From: Psammoneis japonica
Lineage: Eukaryota
Length of the DNA: 64,000 bases
Assembly (NCBI GenBank): GCA_008632985.1
Contig: QPGO01000073.1
Span: forward strand, 62,001 to 126,000
Direction: 5' to 3'
Shown here: positions 25,015 through 37,520 of the stretch, piece by piece
Numbering within the stretch: the stretch's first letter is position 1
Layout: each line of letters starts with the position of its first letter
Notes under the pieces: model-generated
What the model was told of the DNA's origin: nothing
The model's input: the letters and a program-made list of their open reading frames with translations, nothing else
The model's database searches: none
Position numbers and translations under genes: made by a program

Positions 25015-28000
25015 CTACTTCATGCTAATCTCCCAGTTCTCCAATGCGGATACATTGGGTTTGCGGATCACAAGCACCTTGGTTTTCTTGTCAAACTCAA
25101 ACTCGAGCGTATCGCTCTTGTAAGAAATCGTCTTGGGAGCAGAGTCCACACCCATGACAACAATGCGTTCAATCATGCGCTGCTCCTTGAGCGCATCCAC
25201 AAGACTGGTCCAGCCGGAACCAATCGTTACTGCATTGCTCATCTTGTCGGCGGTAACCGAAAAGTGCGCTTCACCATACATTTCCTTCTTTGCATGATCA
25301 AAGGTCTCTTCATCGTCCATGTACAACATTCCCGAAGCTGCCTTGGTCTTGTCGAGCGCCACAAACAAAGTGTACGGATCGTTCTTCATGAGATTCGAGC
25401 TACGGCGGAGACGTAATTTTCTGGGAATCACGGAACCGCCACGCTGGTAGACTGGAATCTTGTCGATATCACTCGCAACCTTGACTTCAGCACTGCCTCC
25501 CTTTTCCGAATTGGTAACTTTGACTTGTTGCATGGAATCCACATCATACCAAAGGTCAGCCTTGGGAAACACCACGGTCGTTTCCGTCACGTCCGCCTCG
25601 GTAATGGGTTTGACAAGCAAGTCGGAACCTACCAAGTACTGATCATCCAAAGAAAACATGGCATCGACTTGCGGATACTGCATCCACATCATTCTCATGA
25701 CGGGCATGCCGGTCGTTTGCGCTTGATAAAAGACATTGTACCAATACGGTAGGAGCGCATACCTCGCCATGGCGGCACTCCTGAGCCGCACCATGGTTTC
25801 GTCTCCAAACATCCACGGCTCTCGTCTCTTGGAATCGTGATGCGCATGACCACGGAAAAAGGGAGTGTACGCTCCCGCCTGCATCCAACGCGTAAAGAGT
25901 TCGGCATCGGGATTTCCGAAAAAGCCTCCGACATCGGCACCGACAAAGGAGAGTGCCGCAATGTTGAGACTGAGCAACATGGGCGACGCAATCTTGAGAT
26001 GAGACCACTCTGCGGCATTGTCTCCGGTCCAAATGGCCCCGTACTTTTGACTCCCAGCAAAAAAGGCTCGACTAAGAACAAAGGGACGTGTGTTTTCTCC
26101 GTCGGCATTACGCTTGATTTGTCCCTCGGCCGTGGCACGGTGAAAGAGCATTCCATATAAATTGTGCCATTCACGGTGTTCGACATGGTCGAGATTGAGC
26201 AAATCTTTTTGCATGGACACTTCGGGACCGTTGAAGACGGACGGTTCATTCATGTCGTTCCACGTAAAGAGTGATGGAGACGATCCCTTGTAAATGTCAT
26301 ACGAAAAGCGTTGGGCCCACCAATCACGAACTTTTGCCGAGTAAAATCCAATACGACGACGATCCCGGCCAACACCAACCGTCATAATCCTTCTTGCCGT
26401 CCTTGTCCTTGATGTACAATCCCTTGGCCGTCGCTTCCTTGTGAATATAATAATCATTATCCGCTTGATATGCGGATCGACAATGGTCACCATGTTGCGT
26501 CCCTGTGACTTTAAACGCTCTTGCATGTCTTGTGGGTGGGGAAAGAGATTATCGTCCCACGTAAAGTATCGCTTTCCGTCCGTGTGTTCGATATCCAGCC
26601 ACAGTACATCGTACGGGTAATCCAATTCTTCAAACTTGTCGTGGACGTGATACACATCCTTTTCATCTTTGTAATTCCAACGGCATTGATGATAACCGAG
26701 TGAAAACATGGGTGGGAGTGGCATGGTTCCCGTCAAACGAGCATACTGTTGATAGAGTTTGGACGGAGTTGGTCCGGGCAAGAGCATGATATCCATAATA
26801 CCCGATTCACTCATCCAATGCGTCGTAGTTGTTGCTGGGTGGTCCTGTGGTTGCATGACATCGACAAAGGTTTCGGTAGGATTAAACCAAAAGACACCCG
26901 CCGTACCGTGCTTGATCGAATGGGATACAATTAGCGGAACGTGTCCATACAACGCCATGGTTTCATCCAGCTCGTATTCAAAGACGTCGAGATTGTAAAG
27001 ACGGTATGGTTCGGAATAATGCGCACCATCACCCATTGTCGTTTGCAACTGGGTCGAGGATGCGTGTTCGGGCAATCCAAACAAGTGTTGCGCATCAAAG
27101 GAAATATCCATGCCAACCGACATGGGTCCGTTTGGTTTGGAATCGGTATGGGAGGAAAAAGATTCCTCCCAAAGTCCCTCGCGGTCCAATTCGGCCTGGG
27201 TCATGGTCAAGTGACGACGATGGTCCTCGTCATCCACCTTTTTCTCTTCGCGCGTACCATCGGCATAGATTGCCAAGCCATCTTCCCAGTATCCTACAAT
27301 CTCTTTATCCTCCTTCTTCTCGTTGTTGGTTTCATCTGCGTCTTGCTTGTCCTGATCTTGATTTTCAATCGCATCCTGCTCTTGTTGTTCCGTAGTAGCA
27401 TCATCCACCTGTTTACGCCGAACTTCAAAATGCATCATGCCCTGATTCGACATGGTCAGTACGGGTCCAGCATCAATCTTGCGTTCGGCAAAGAGAAATA
27501 CCGAAAAGGGCTTGAGCCGAATCAGTAGGATTTGCATATCGTCATCGTCATCATGATTGCCATAGCGGAGCGCCATGTAATTTCGTGTCTTCTTTCTCCG
27601 ACTGGATCAACTTTTGCAACAATACCTTGCCGCTCTCGTCTTGACTACGAATCCATTCGGCATGTGCCGCCGGAGCGAGATTTTCCTCGAGAATCAATTC
27701 ATCGTACGTGACTCGTGGCTTGCTAAACTCTTTGCTACTACTGCTCTCCACGACTCGCATGCGTACCATTCCATCCTGCATGGCATGGACACTCCATATA
27801 AGGGTTTCCGGTAATCCAGATGATGTCACGGTGGCTGTATTGCTCAATAAGCCTCGAAGCGTTGCCGGTGGGCCACGAAAATACACATCTTGATCATGTT
27901 CAGCGTCATGATGTCCCAAGAGCTTGCGATGAATCGATTGCCAGATACCATCTGCAGCATGATGTTCTTCTTTTTCATCTCAGAAGGAACATGAAAATGA

Positions 28001-28173
28001 ACCGAATCCTTTTCCAATTGATATTGATAAAGAGACGCCGAATGTCCGTCTCGATGACGACGACAAAACGAGGTTTGTTCACAGGTACGAAACTTGGAAC
28101 GATCGACCGCAAAGGAGGACGAGAGAGAGGATGCCCACAGTAGCGCTGTAAAGAGGAGGCAACTCCTAACCAT
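25015..28173 (-). CDS. GANAB: Glucosidase II alpha subunit (GH31), with several apparent frameshifts
   Basis: Signal peptide followed by VDRSKFRTCEQTSFCRR, PYRLYNLDVFEY, GYHQCRWNY, WLDIEH, catalytic WNDMNEPSVF, WTGDN, GADVGGFF and PFFRGHAH. Confidence 0.95.
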
Positions 28174-29745
28174 GGTGCTACTGATGCTTCTTATGGTGGT
28201 ATGATTGATATTACAACAACTCTTGGTATATGTCTGCTACTTCTTGCGATTGTCTGCTATGGTACCGTAGCATCGTCGTCACGAGATAGATACGAGTTCG
28301 GAGTCACGAGCGGATCGAGCTGAGAAAATCTTTGAGGTCATTCTCGAAGGGCAATACTCTAGAGTGACCTGTTTAACGGGATTGATTCACTCGATTACAA
28401 CACCCATAATGTCATTAATGAATGTATAATATAAAACCTCTCACGTGACTCGTAGGGCTACAGCAACACGAAGTGGCTGGGGCGGTCCTTCGAAAATTTT
28501 CTCCAAGTCGAAGAGGCATTTCCCCCTTTACCTGTAGTAAAGGCACCGTATTACGTTTAATTTCCGTTGACTGTGATTCTTTTATAATCATTATGAGTTA
28601 GCCGGGGCAGGGCTAGTTGGTCGCGCACGTTTGGGTTCGATGCAGCCGTGCAACTAGCCACACCCTGCAGGAAGAGCTGTTGGTGGCGCGCGAGCAGAAG
28701 CAACAAAGCAAAGAAAACGGCGTGGGTCAAAACGTTGTAAAATGACGCAACAACAAGCAGCGAGAAGAAACCCAACTTGACCCATGAATGCAGCGCGTGC
28801 ACATTGTCCAACCACTTCAACAGTGTCTCGCATTCCCAGCTTGTAGATGAGGGGACGGCGTTCGCGTTTCTCGCCACAGTGTTGTTGTGCGTTGTCGTGT
28901 TGTTTGCGCGCGAAGACCACGGGATCTATTTATCCGACAGTCACTGTGTTTTGGCAATGGCGGATGTTTCACTGTGTGCAATCTGAAGCCATTTTGAGAA
29001 GTGCTTCGCGACAACCCTGTTCGCACCGTCAAATGGAAATTTTTTTTGTGCAGATTCCAGAGTTCTTTCGGGGTGTTCTGTCAGACTTTTGAGTTGGCAC
29101 ACACATGTGTTAAAGGCATTAGCAAAATCAATGATGTGCAATGGCTTCAGAGACCGACACAAATTTATGTTCCATGTAGACCACGTAGATTGTGCACCGG
29201 CGGAAAATCCACGGCATGTCAATCACTCAGCAGCAATTCTGCGTGTGTCCTGCTTGCACCTCACACACATACACACACCTGCACAGTCTAATGACCGCGC
29301 ACACGTGCGCGAGATTGGATGTTTTTTAAAGATGTCCAAACCAAAATTACAAAAGTGGAATGAACAAGTTCATCACTTGCATTGCCGACATGCATCGTTG
29401 AACATGTGTTTCAAAGTCACACGCAAGAAACTGCAGCAGCACAATGACACGTGCCGCCGGTGTCCCACTTTACGACGTGACATCTCAGCGATGCTTGCAC
29501 GATTTCTCCGTTTCTTTTTCAATGTTGGGAGCAATTGCACAATGCATCCCACTGGGTTGGTCTCGTTGTGTGTCATTGAGAATTATGGATTTCTGTTTTG
29601 TCCAAAAAACACTCTCAGAACTGGCAAGTTAGACAGGCGCGTTGACAACAGAATGAACGATCAAAGCATTTTTGACAATGCTGAACACTTTTAACTAAAC
29701 TGTCCAGTGCTGCTGATCACAAGATGGAGCAGGCAAGACGAAACA

Positions 29746-30141
29746 GATGCATTCCAGACGCAGGTGGGAATCCGTGTGACATTGGGCCCGCAAACTTCTA
29801 CGTGCAAGCTCCGCAGCAAAATCACACGGCAATCAAAATGTCAATGATCGCCAACAGAAAATGAGGCAATTTTGCGAACGCACAAACTCGCCCATGATTG
29901 AAGCACATCATTTTTTACTTGGCCAGTTACATTCTTCAGACATTGAAGAATGCAACTGGCGCATTGTTGTTTCTATGAACTTGTCATGTGGAACGTCTGG
30001 GGCTTCGCAAAACAGCGAGTCTGGACAATTTTTTTTAAATGTCACACGTAGAAAGCTGCGTGCGAAACATGCGACGGATGATAAAAATCATTTGTGTCAC
30101 ACGTCAGCACTGCGAGCTCCCACCTGGGGCTGGAACGCGTC
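29746..30141. mobile_element. ~395-bp repeat unit with 24-bp imperfect terminal inverted repeats (MITE-like), copy 1
   Basis: Left end GATGCATTCCAGACGCAGGTGGGA and right end TCCCACCTGGGGCTGGAACGCGTC. Confidence 0.75.
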
Positions 30142-30361
30142 AACAGAGTCTTGTTGGTGCCAAAGGTGTTTGGCACATTAGAGAACCCCAATGCAGTGGG
30201 CCGCTTTTGTGACACCTCTTGGACCACTTCTTCGGTTGCTCTTGCAAAAGTAAAATGCAATGATGACACTGTGCCAACCAATGACAAAATGTCCAATCAC
30301 TGCCTTTGCATGCAGTTGAACAATGCACACTCAGTTCATTGCTTGCACTCGTCAAGCTGCA

Positions 30362-30758
30362 GATGCACTCCAGACGCAGGTGGGAATCCGTGTGACATTC
30401 GGCCCGTAGACTTCCACATGCGAGCTCCGCAGTAAAATCACACGGCAATTAAAATGTCAATGATCGCCAACAGAAAATGAGGCAATTTTGCGAATGCACA
30501 AACTCACCCATGATTGAAGCACATCTTTCATTACTTGGCCAGTTGCATTCTTCAGACATTGAAGAATGCAACTGGCGCATTGTTGTTTCTGTGGAACTTG
30601 TTGTACAAAATGTCTGAGGCTTCGCAAAACAGCGAGTCTGGACAATTATTTTTAAACATCACACGCAGAAATCTGCATGCGAAACATGCGACGGATGATA
30701 AAAATCACTTGTGTCACACGTCAGTGCTGCGAGCTCCCACCTGGGGCTGGAACGCGTC
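30362..30758. mobile_element. MITE-like unit copy 2
   Basis: Colinear with copy 1 and has the same inverted ends. Confidence 0.75.
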
Positions 30759-31154
30759 TGCAACGTTGCGCACACAAGCAGTGGATGCACTCATTGCAGC
30801 TCTTGTTTTTGCACTTGTGATCAGGAACGGTGCAAAAGCAAGTGCATCCAACAATTGGACACACACCAGGTTGAGTTGGTTTGGTCCCTGCCTCGCCCAT
30901 GCCAACACCAGCACCAGCAGAATTGGAGTCAATCGCACGACCAACTTTTTCGCCATGCGACACTCGTGCCGAAAACAAGTTGTTGCCACAATTCCGTTCA
31001 ATGCCATTCATCTGATGGGCATGAAGAAGAGCACCATCAGCGCCCACTCCATCACCAGTTTGGGCCCGCTCTTTCTGTTGCTGAGCTCATTCTGCCGCCA
31101 TTTCCTGCTCTGCTTCAGCTCTGATTTCTTCGTCTCGCTCACGCATGCGATCTG

Positions 31155-33600
31155 TCATTCTGTCCTCTGCACTACTGAAAGCTTTGGCAAAGGCATCCTC
31201 TTCTCCCACTCTTGATTCTGCCATGCTTTCATTCTCAAGGCGTCTGCATTGGCAACCTGGATGTTTCGCACTGCAAGGACAGCGCTTTCGAGTTGCAGCG
31301 CACCGAGGTTTGTTTGGTTCGCACCAGCTTTCAAAAATCCTTTGTCCGACTCGGCACCACTTTTTAGTGTCATTGAACGACTCACCCTGTTGCTCCAAGT
31401 TCCAAGGCTCCACCCCATGGGATCTCCTTTGGCAAAGCAATGCGAGGCATGCTCCTTCAAGCACGCGACACACTTTTCGTGCAAATCATCAAAATCCGAG
31501 TCGGCGCCGAGCGACTCATCTTGCTCTGACAGTGCATTCTCAATAAAGTGAAAGACAGGACTCCACTGAACAGAGTGAACCTTCCTCACCTCTGGTGGGA
31601 GAGAGGAAGGCACAAGGTCTCAAAAAGGTCGCACAACCTTCGTGCCATCAACTGATGCGGTTTGGCCAGAAAGCCAAAATCTCAGGCCTTCCTTGATTGT
31701 TGTTCCCGATGGAAGACGAAATTGCTTTGGAACCATGCATGTTTTGTTGTCACAGCAAAAGGTGGTTTCCACTGGACCATCATCAGAAGCCACGCCAATG
31801 CGGCCGTTTGTGCACGTGTTGCTGCCGCCCGTGGGAAAGGACCGCAAAATGGTCTTGAAACCGTCCAACTCAGAATGCATCATTTGCGTCATCTCCTCCT
31901 GAAAACTTTTGAATGTCCCTTTCAGACGATCACTTGTCACATGTCCAGAATCCCATGCTTTTTGATCTGTCACATCCGACACTGCTGCCACCAACATCTC
32001 CGTCTGCGAGTCCACATTCGCAAGCATCAAATCGGCTTTGCACATCAACTCGCACAGTTGTCTTGCCATGCCGACATGGGGTGGCATCCCAGTGGGGACA
32101 GTCAATGCCCCTTCTGTGGGCTCTGTTGTCACAAGAGATTGCAACTCCCCCAAAAGTCTCCTGTCGTGGAGGATTGACAGCTTCGAAAAGTCGTGACCCG
32201 GCACGCTCACCACAATTTCAATCAGTGACTCGGAATGATGTGTCATGCATGCAAAGCACCACAGTGGAACAGGAACAAAAGTCTTGTGTTCATTTGTCAC
32301 ATTCTCGCCAAATGTCATCATCACACCAAGTTTCACTTTTTCATTGGACATCAGATCTGCAAGCTTCCAATGAGGTGGAAGCATGTCAAATGACGCATCG
32401 TTCGGATCCAAACCCGCAAGAATGCGTCCAAGACATTGGTTGCCAATGCTGCCAAAATGCCAATGGCAATCAAGGACACTCCAGACAGCCCACTCTCCAC
32501 AATGTGCAACAGCTGGAATTGACCGGGGTGAAGTGGTCCCATTCAAGGCTGCAGGTCCCCGAGCCCTTTCGAATGCCACGCGGATTCACACGACTCGGAC
32601 ATGTGTGATTTGTGGTTTCGTCCAAGTGGGCCTGCAAAATTCCAGCAATCTGCTCACAACACTTGGTTGCACACATTCCTTCCTTCACATCTTCATCCAA
32701 AAAGAGAGCATCGTTGCCAACAAACTTGTCACCATGAAGAGCACAATGAACACCCGTGCCTGTCCAAAAGCACATCATCCAATCCAGTGGGTTGGCATGT
32801 GCATTTTTCTCTGAAAGCCTCTCTCCAGACTTGTCGGCCTTTGCTTCTGCACGCTTTCCAATCAAGCTGTGTTTGGAATTCTTCATCCGCAAGGGATCTG
32901 TGGATGTTGACCGGGCCATGAAATTCCACTGGGCAATGGTCCAGAACCACACAAACACGTTGTTGGCTTCTGTGCTCCATTTCAGCATGAGCTTGCACAA
33001 GGAAACGGGAACAGGATCAGCAGAGTTTTCATCTGCATCCCCTCTCTTTCTTGCTTGAGCATGTTCCTTCTTGCACCCAGCGAGGAACTTGTCAAACATT
33101 GCACGGAAGCTCTCAGGCAAGCACTCGTCTGCCATCTTGGCACCCCACATCATGGCGTCTTTGCATTTTTGGATGTCTTCACATGACTTGAGCTTTCCAT
33201 TGGCCTTCTTCTTGTTTGACACTGAGAAATGCAACACAAACTGGTTGTTCATGCCTGCACACACAAGGTCTTCTCGGTGCCGATTGAAGCAGTGCTCAGT
33301 TGGATCACAAAGGTCTTCAGCAGAAACCTCTCTGACGCCAACAGAACAACATTCAGGGTCATTCTCCTTCCAAAACTTGGCCAAACGTGCAAGTCTCTGA
33401 TGACAGTTTTGTCGGCATTTGTCTCCCATTTCCAACTGGGCGGTTTCATTGCACTTTTCGGCGAGGTCGCCAGGCGCTGACAAGTCACCCCCAAGGATTG
33501 GTGCATCATCATCAGTTTCACGCTGATGGGGGTGCATGCATCCACTGTGCCTTCCAGTTCACCCCCCTGGCATGTTGTGTTGTTGACATTGTCAGGAGAT
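31155..33600 (-). mobile_element. Decayed Crypton-like (tyrosine recombinase) DNA transposon ORF
   Basis: WNFMARS (catalytic Arg box), RGIRKGSGT (HxxRKG box) and SIPAVAHCGEW...VLDCHWHF...GNQCLGRILAGLDP...LPPHW, resembling stramenopile Cryptons. Tyr positions read C/H. Confidence 0.72.
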
Positions 33601-34687
33601 GGCAATGAAATGAACTGTTGCTGTTTGTCGGACTCAGATTGTGGGTTGATTGTTGCGATGGGAATGGCGCGAATGGCAGAAACTTTGATGACACAAATCT
33701 TACGAGTCCCGGGAGGGAGTCTTGTGGTGGCGCACAGGATCTTAAAATGCTGGCATGCACTCTGCGCAGAACACACATGGAAAAGACAAACGGCATCATG
33801 AGGCACTCCGGGAATGTCAGAACAGGCTGTTCTAATTTTCCGGAAGTGCCAACCCGGAGGGACGCAGCTCTGGCAGGTTTTTCCACTGGGAAGCACTTCT
33901 GGTGCTTTGGAACATTGGAGCAGAGTTTTTTGACAGTGACGTGTCAGGGTCATTTCTGTTTTGACATTCCCGAAGACCGCGCAATGCTGGCATGACATCA
34001 GAATTGTTGGCGATCATTGTCATTCCCAAACCGTTTTAACGCACGGCCTGACATGCCCACTCCGTCACAACAAACAGCTGATGCCTTTTTATCAACATCT
34101 GCACTTGCCGGAGGAAGTGTCTTGGTTTGCCGTTTTTGGTGGTCCCAATTTTGGAAGCATCAAAAGCAAAAAGATGCCATTTTTTGATGACCTCCAACAT
34201 TGTCGAGTCCGCTGCTTTATCACAAAGCACCAATGGCAGCTGGAGTGGTGCCGCCAATCCCACAGATGGTGGCGGCAATGATCAACTTGATGCATGTTGT
34301 CTGTGACGATGACTCCACCCAAAGAGAATGTTTGGAAAAATGAAGAATCATCTGGCAAAAACCGCCTTTCGTCGGAGTCACGAGTGCCGAAAGGTGATCC
34401 AGCGGCGGAAATCGATGGAGTGTGTGCCAGCAATTTGTGAGCCGAGACAATGGCATTGAATCGGCAACGAGAAGAACATGCTGTGTTGGGAATTCCTTTG
34501 CTGCTCGAGCTGTTTCCTGCTGGGTGAAAAGGGCCACCGTTTCTGCCACGTCGAGAGTTCGAAGCAGCAAACAACACTCAACCACAATCACTTCACAGAG
34601 ACACATCATGACAACAAGAGATTGCCAATCCGCTCAGGAATGCACCAGAAAATGCCATGAGACCAGCAGTGGCATTGTCAAAATGAT

Positions 34688-35086
34688 GAAGGGTTCCAGT
34701 CCTGGGTGGGACTCCGTGTGACATTGGGCCCGCAGAATTCCACGTGTGAGCTCCACAGCAAATTTGTGCTGCAATGAAAATGCAAATGATCGCCAACAGA
34801 AAAAGAGGCAATTTTACGAATGCATCTCCTCCTCCACACACTTGAAGTGCACCATTGGTGGTTTGCCCGGGTGTGTTCTTCAGACATTAAAGAATGTGCC
34901 CAGAGCATTTTCATTCTCATGAATGTTGAAAATGGAAAGCCTTTGGCTTTGCAAAACAGGGAGCATGAAACAATTTCAGAGAATGTGACATGCAGAAATG
35001 TGCGTGCGCAACATGCGGCGCGATCCAAAAAACTGTTGATGTCACAGTGCAGCAGTGCGAGGTCCCACCTGGAGCTGGAACGCGTC
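34688..35086. mobile_element. MITE-like unit copy 3 (more diverged)
   Basis: ggtgggactccgtgtgacattgggcccgcag...aatgatcgccaacagaaaa...tcccacctggagctggaacgcgtc. Confidence 0.72.
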
Positions 35087-35949
35087 TGGCATTGGCGTGC
35101 GCTCACTTCAATGTGCTGCTTTCTGTGCATGTTGTCTGGGTGCATGGACCGGCTGTTGCTTGTGTTCAATTTTGTAGCAATTGCGGCAGCTGCATGGGCC
35201 AATCATCTTGGAGCTGCGTGTGATGTGTGGGATGGTGTGGACGGTGTCACACTCTCACTGTTTCCCCAAAAAAAGCATCATGAATCACTTTCTCACTGAT
35301 GGCACTCGGCACTCGACTTCTTTGGAGGACTCGCCCTGACGGCTGCAGATTGCAAGTTTGTGTCCTCCGTGTGGAATGACACACACAAGACATGTGATGA
35401 TTCACCAATGACAATGAACGTTGACTGCGCTGCAATCGCGATTCTCCCAATGACACACCACCTGCAATTGTTGCAGCAGATCCATTGAACACATTGCCGC
35501 CAAGGGAGTTTGAACACTTTGACATCTCTGCCTGACGCATCATGGTGGCAGTCTTTGTCCCATTTTCTCTTGACTGACGCCACCCAAAGGGACAGTGTCG
35601 AGAGTGATGCCTTCATCCCCATTCTTTGCACAGCGGCTGGTTGTCTTTGCTCGGGAAGGTCATGGGGTGTGACACTCACATCGCTTGAGGACAACTCTCT
35701 CAAACTGCGTCAATGCATTCCGGCTGCACTGAGTTGATCTCCTGCATGCTCAGAGGGCATTGTTCCGAGCTTGATCATGGCAAGAAGTTCAGTTGCAGTG
35801 CTTTCACAGAATTCAGCTTTTTTGCATTGCCTTGAGGCGCGCGATTGTGGATTTGCATGTCAGTTGTGAGGAGATTGACAACGCACATGCGAGTGTGTGA
35901 TTCAGGAGATCTGGCACTCCAATCAAGTTCAAGTTGATCTTTGAAAAAA

Positions 35950-37520
35950 AAATGCTTGATGTGAACAACCTGCCATGCCCACAATTCAAAGACCAAAAGT
36001 CTGCGATCCGTTCATCGCCAAGAAGAGCTGCACCCCTGATGACAAGGAGTGGACCAGGTTGTCGAGGACCAAGATTGTTGAGGTTCCTCCTCAGCCAAGT
36101 GTCGTCATTGGTGGCAGACCAACTGGTCTGACTGCTGCCATTGACTGCAACGAGAGCTGCTTGACCAGCAAAGGAATGGCACAGTTGTGCGAAGCCCAAG
36201 ATGCATTTGCCAAGAGTGGTTCTGTGTTTGAGAGAGCTCAAATGGTTCGCTTGGACCCCGGGCGGGCATTGTCATGCTCCGCTGTCATTTGTGCACTGGT
36301 TTTTCAGAAGCATGTGCTCCTGCAGGAGGCAAGATTGATTCTCATCTCGGAAACACTTTGCAAGTTTATTGAGTTCCCTGCACTCAAACGGTTTGCTTGG
36401 ACCCCGGGTGGGTGTTGTCATGCTCCGCTGTCATTTGTGCACTGGTTTTTAAGAAGCATGTGCTCCTGCAGGAGGCGAGATGGATTCTCATCTTGGAAAC
36501 ACTTTGTGAGTTTATTGAGTTCCCTGTGCATCGTTTCACATCTTTGTGCTGCTTCAGAATGCTCACAATGGTTGTCATGTCCTGTTGTTGAAATGCAGAC
36601 CAACGCATGGATTCATGGAGATCACAAAGATCTTGAGAACACGCTCCATTTGGAAGTGAGCAAGATGGGCCAACAAATCATCGAGTTGACAACAGCGGCG
36701 CTAGATGCAAAAGATCCACCACCCATGGAGGATGGAGGACATTGAATGCCGTCGGGAACTTGGTCCGGACCAGCTGAGAACTGGTGCAGAGTGTGAAGTC
36801 TGCATTCGTGCTGAGGATGTCATTCGCCCCTTCGTGCTTGTGAGAATTGATTTGCATGGAGGCGCACATGCCTCCAAGCCTCTTGACCCTTCCAAAGAAG
36901 ATGTCAAAGCTTTGCAAGCTTCACTGCCAGCTGTTTGCCCCAAGGGCACCAAGCAGAAGGGCAGTCCAGTGACGGGGGTCATGCGCATGACCGGTTCAAC
37001 CTCCACTTGAAGGGACGTTGAACAGCGAGGCTGTTCAGGGAGGAACTGGTGCCAGCTGCAGAGTTGATGGTGTTTTTGTTTCACCCCAACCATCCCTGTG
37101 ATCGCGGCATTGACTGACTCCACTTCAAGGTCATGGAGAGCAATCAGGATCTTGACAACGTTGTCTCCAGGGACTGTGGATGACAAAGCACGCCATTTTG
37201 ATGGCTCCAAGAGGCATGGAACTCAACAAAAGCTTCGTCATGTGCCTTTACAAGCAACTGAAGAATGCCACCATGGACGAGTTTGTCCAGCAAATCAGAA
37301 ATGAGAAGTGCACCCAAGTGACATGCTCTGACAAAGAGTCTCAAGGCCCATGCTGAAAGTGTGGAAGTCCCAGCCGTGCAGCGGTGTGGCAAGGTCAACA
37401 TCATGCAACAAGTCACCAAAGACACAGGAAGGCAAAGACGAAGATCTCTTGGATGAACCGTTGGAAGATTCAACAACAGGATCATCATCGGGTGACGAAC
37501 CAGCCAAGGGACATTGAGTC
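35950..37520 (+). pseudogene. Decayed FAD-dependent oxidoreductase-like host gene fragment with ~147-bp internal tandem duplication (36241-36385 / 36386-36530)
   Basis: VVIGGRPTGLTAAI (degenerate GxGxxG), EAQDAF and ERAQMVRLD. An apparent intron runs from ~36507 to ~36598. Confidence 0.5.

Noticed and set aside
25015..28173. Programmed frameshifting or pseudogenisation of glucosidase II (similar breaks in IDI-SQS, ankyrin-like, ICMT-like and other genes)
   Set aside because: Scattered single-base indels in many otherwise well-conserved genes (e.g. the out-of-frame segment near 26340-26460) are more simply uncorrected long-read assembly errors. Read polishing is needed to confirm this.
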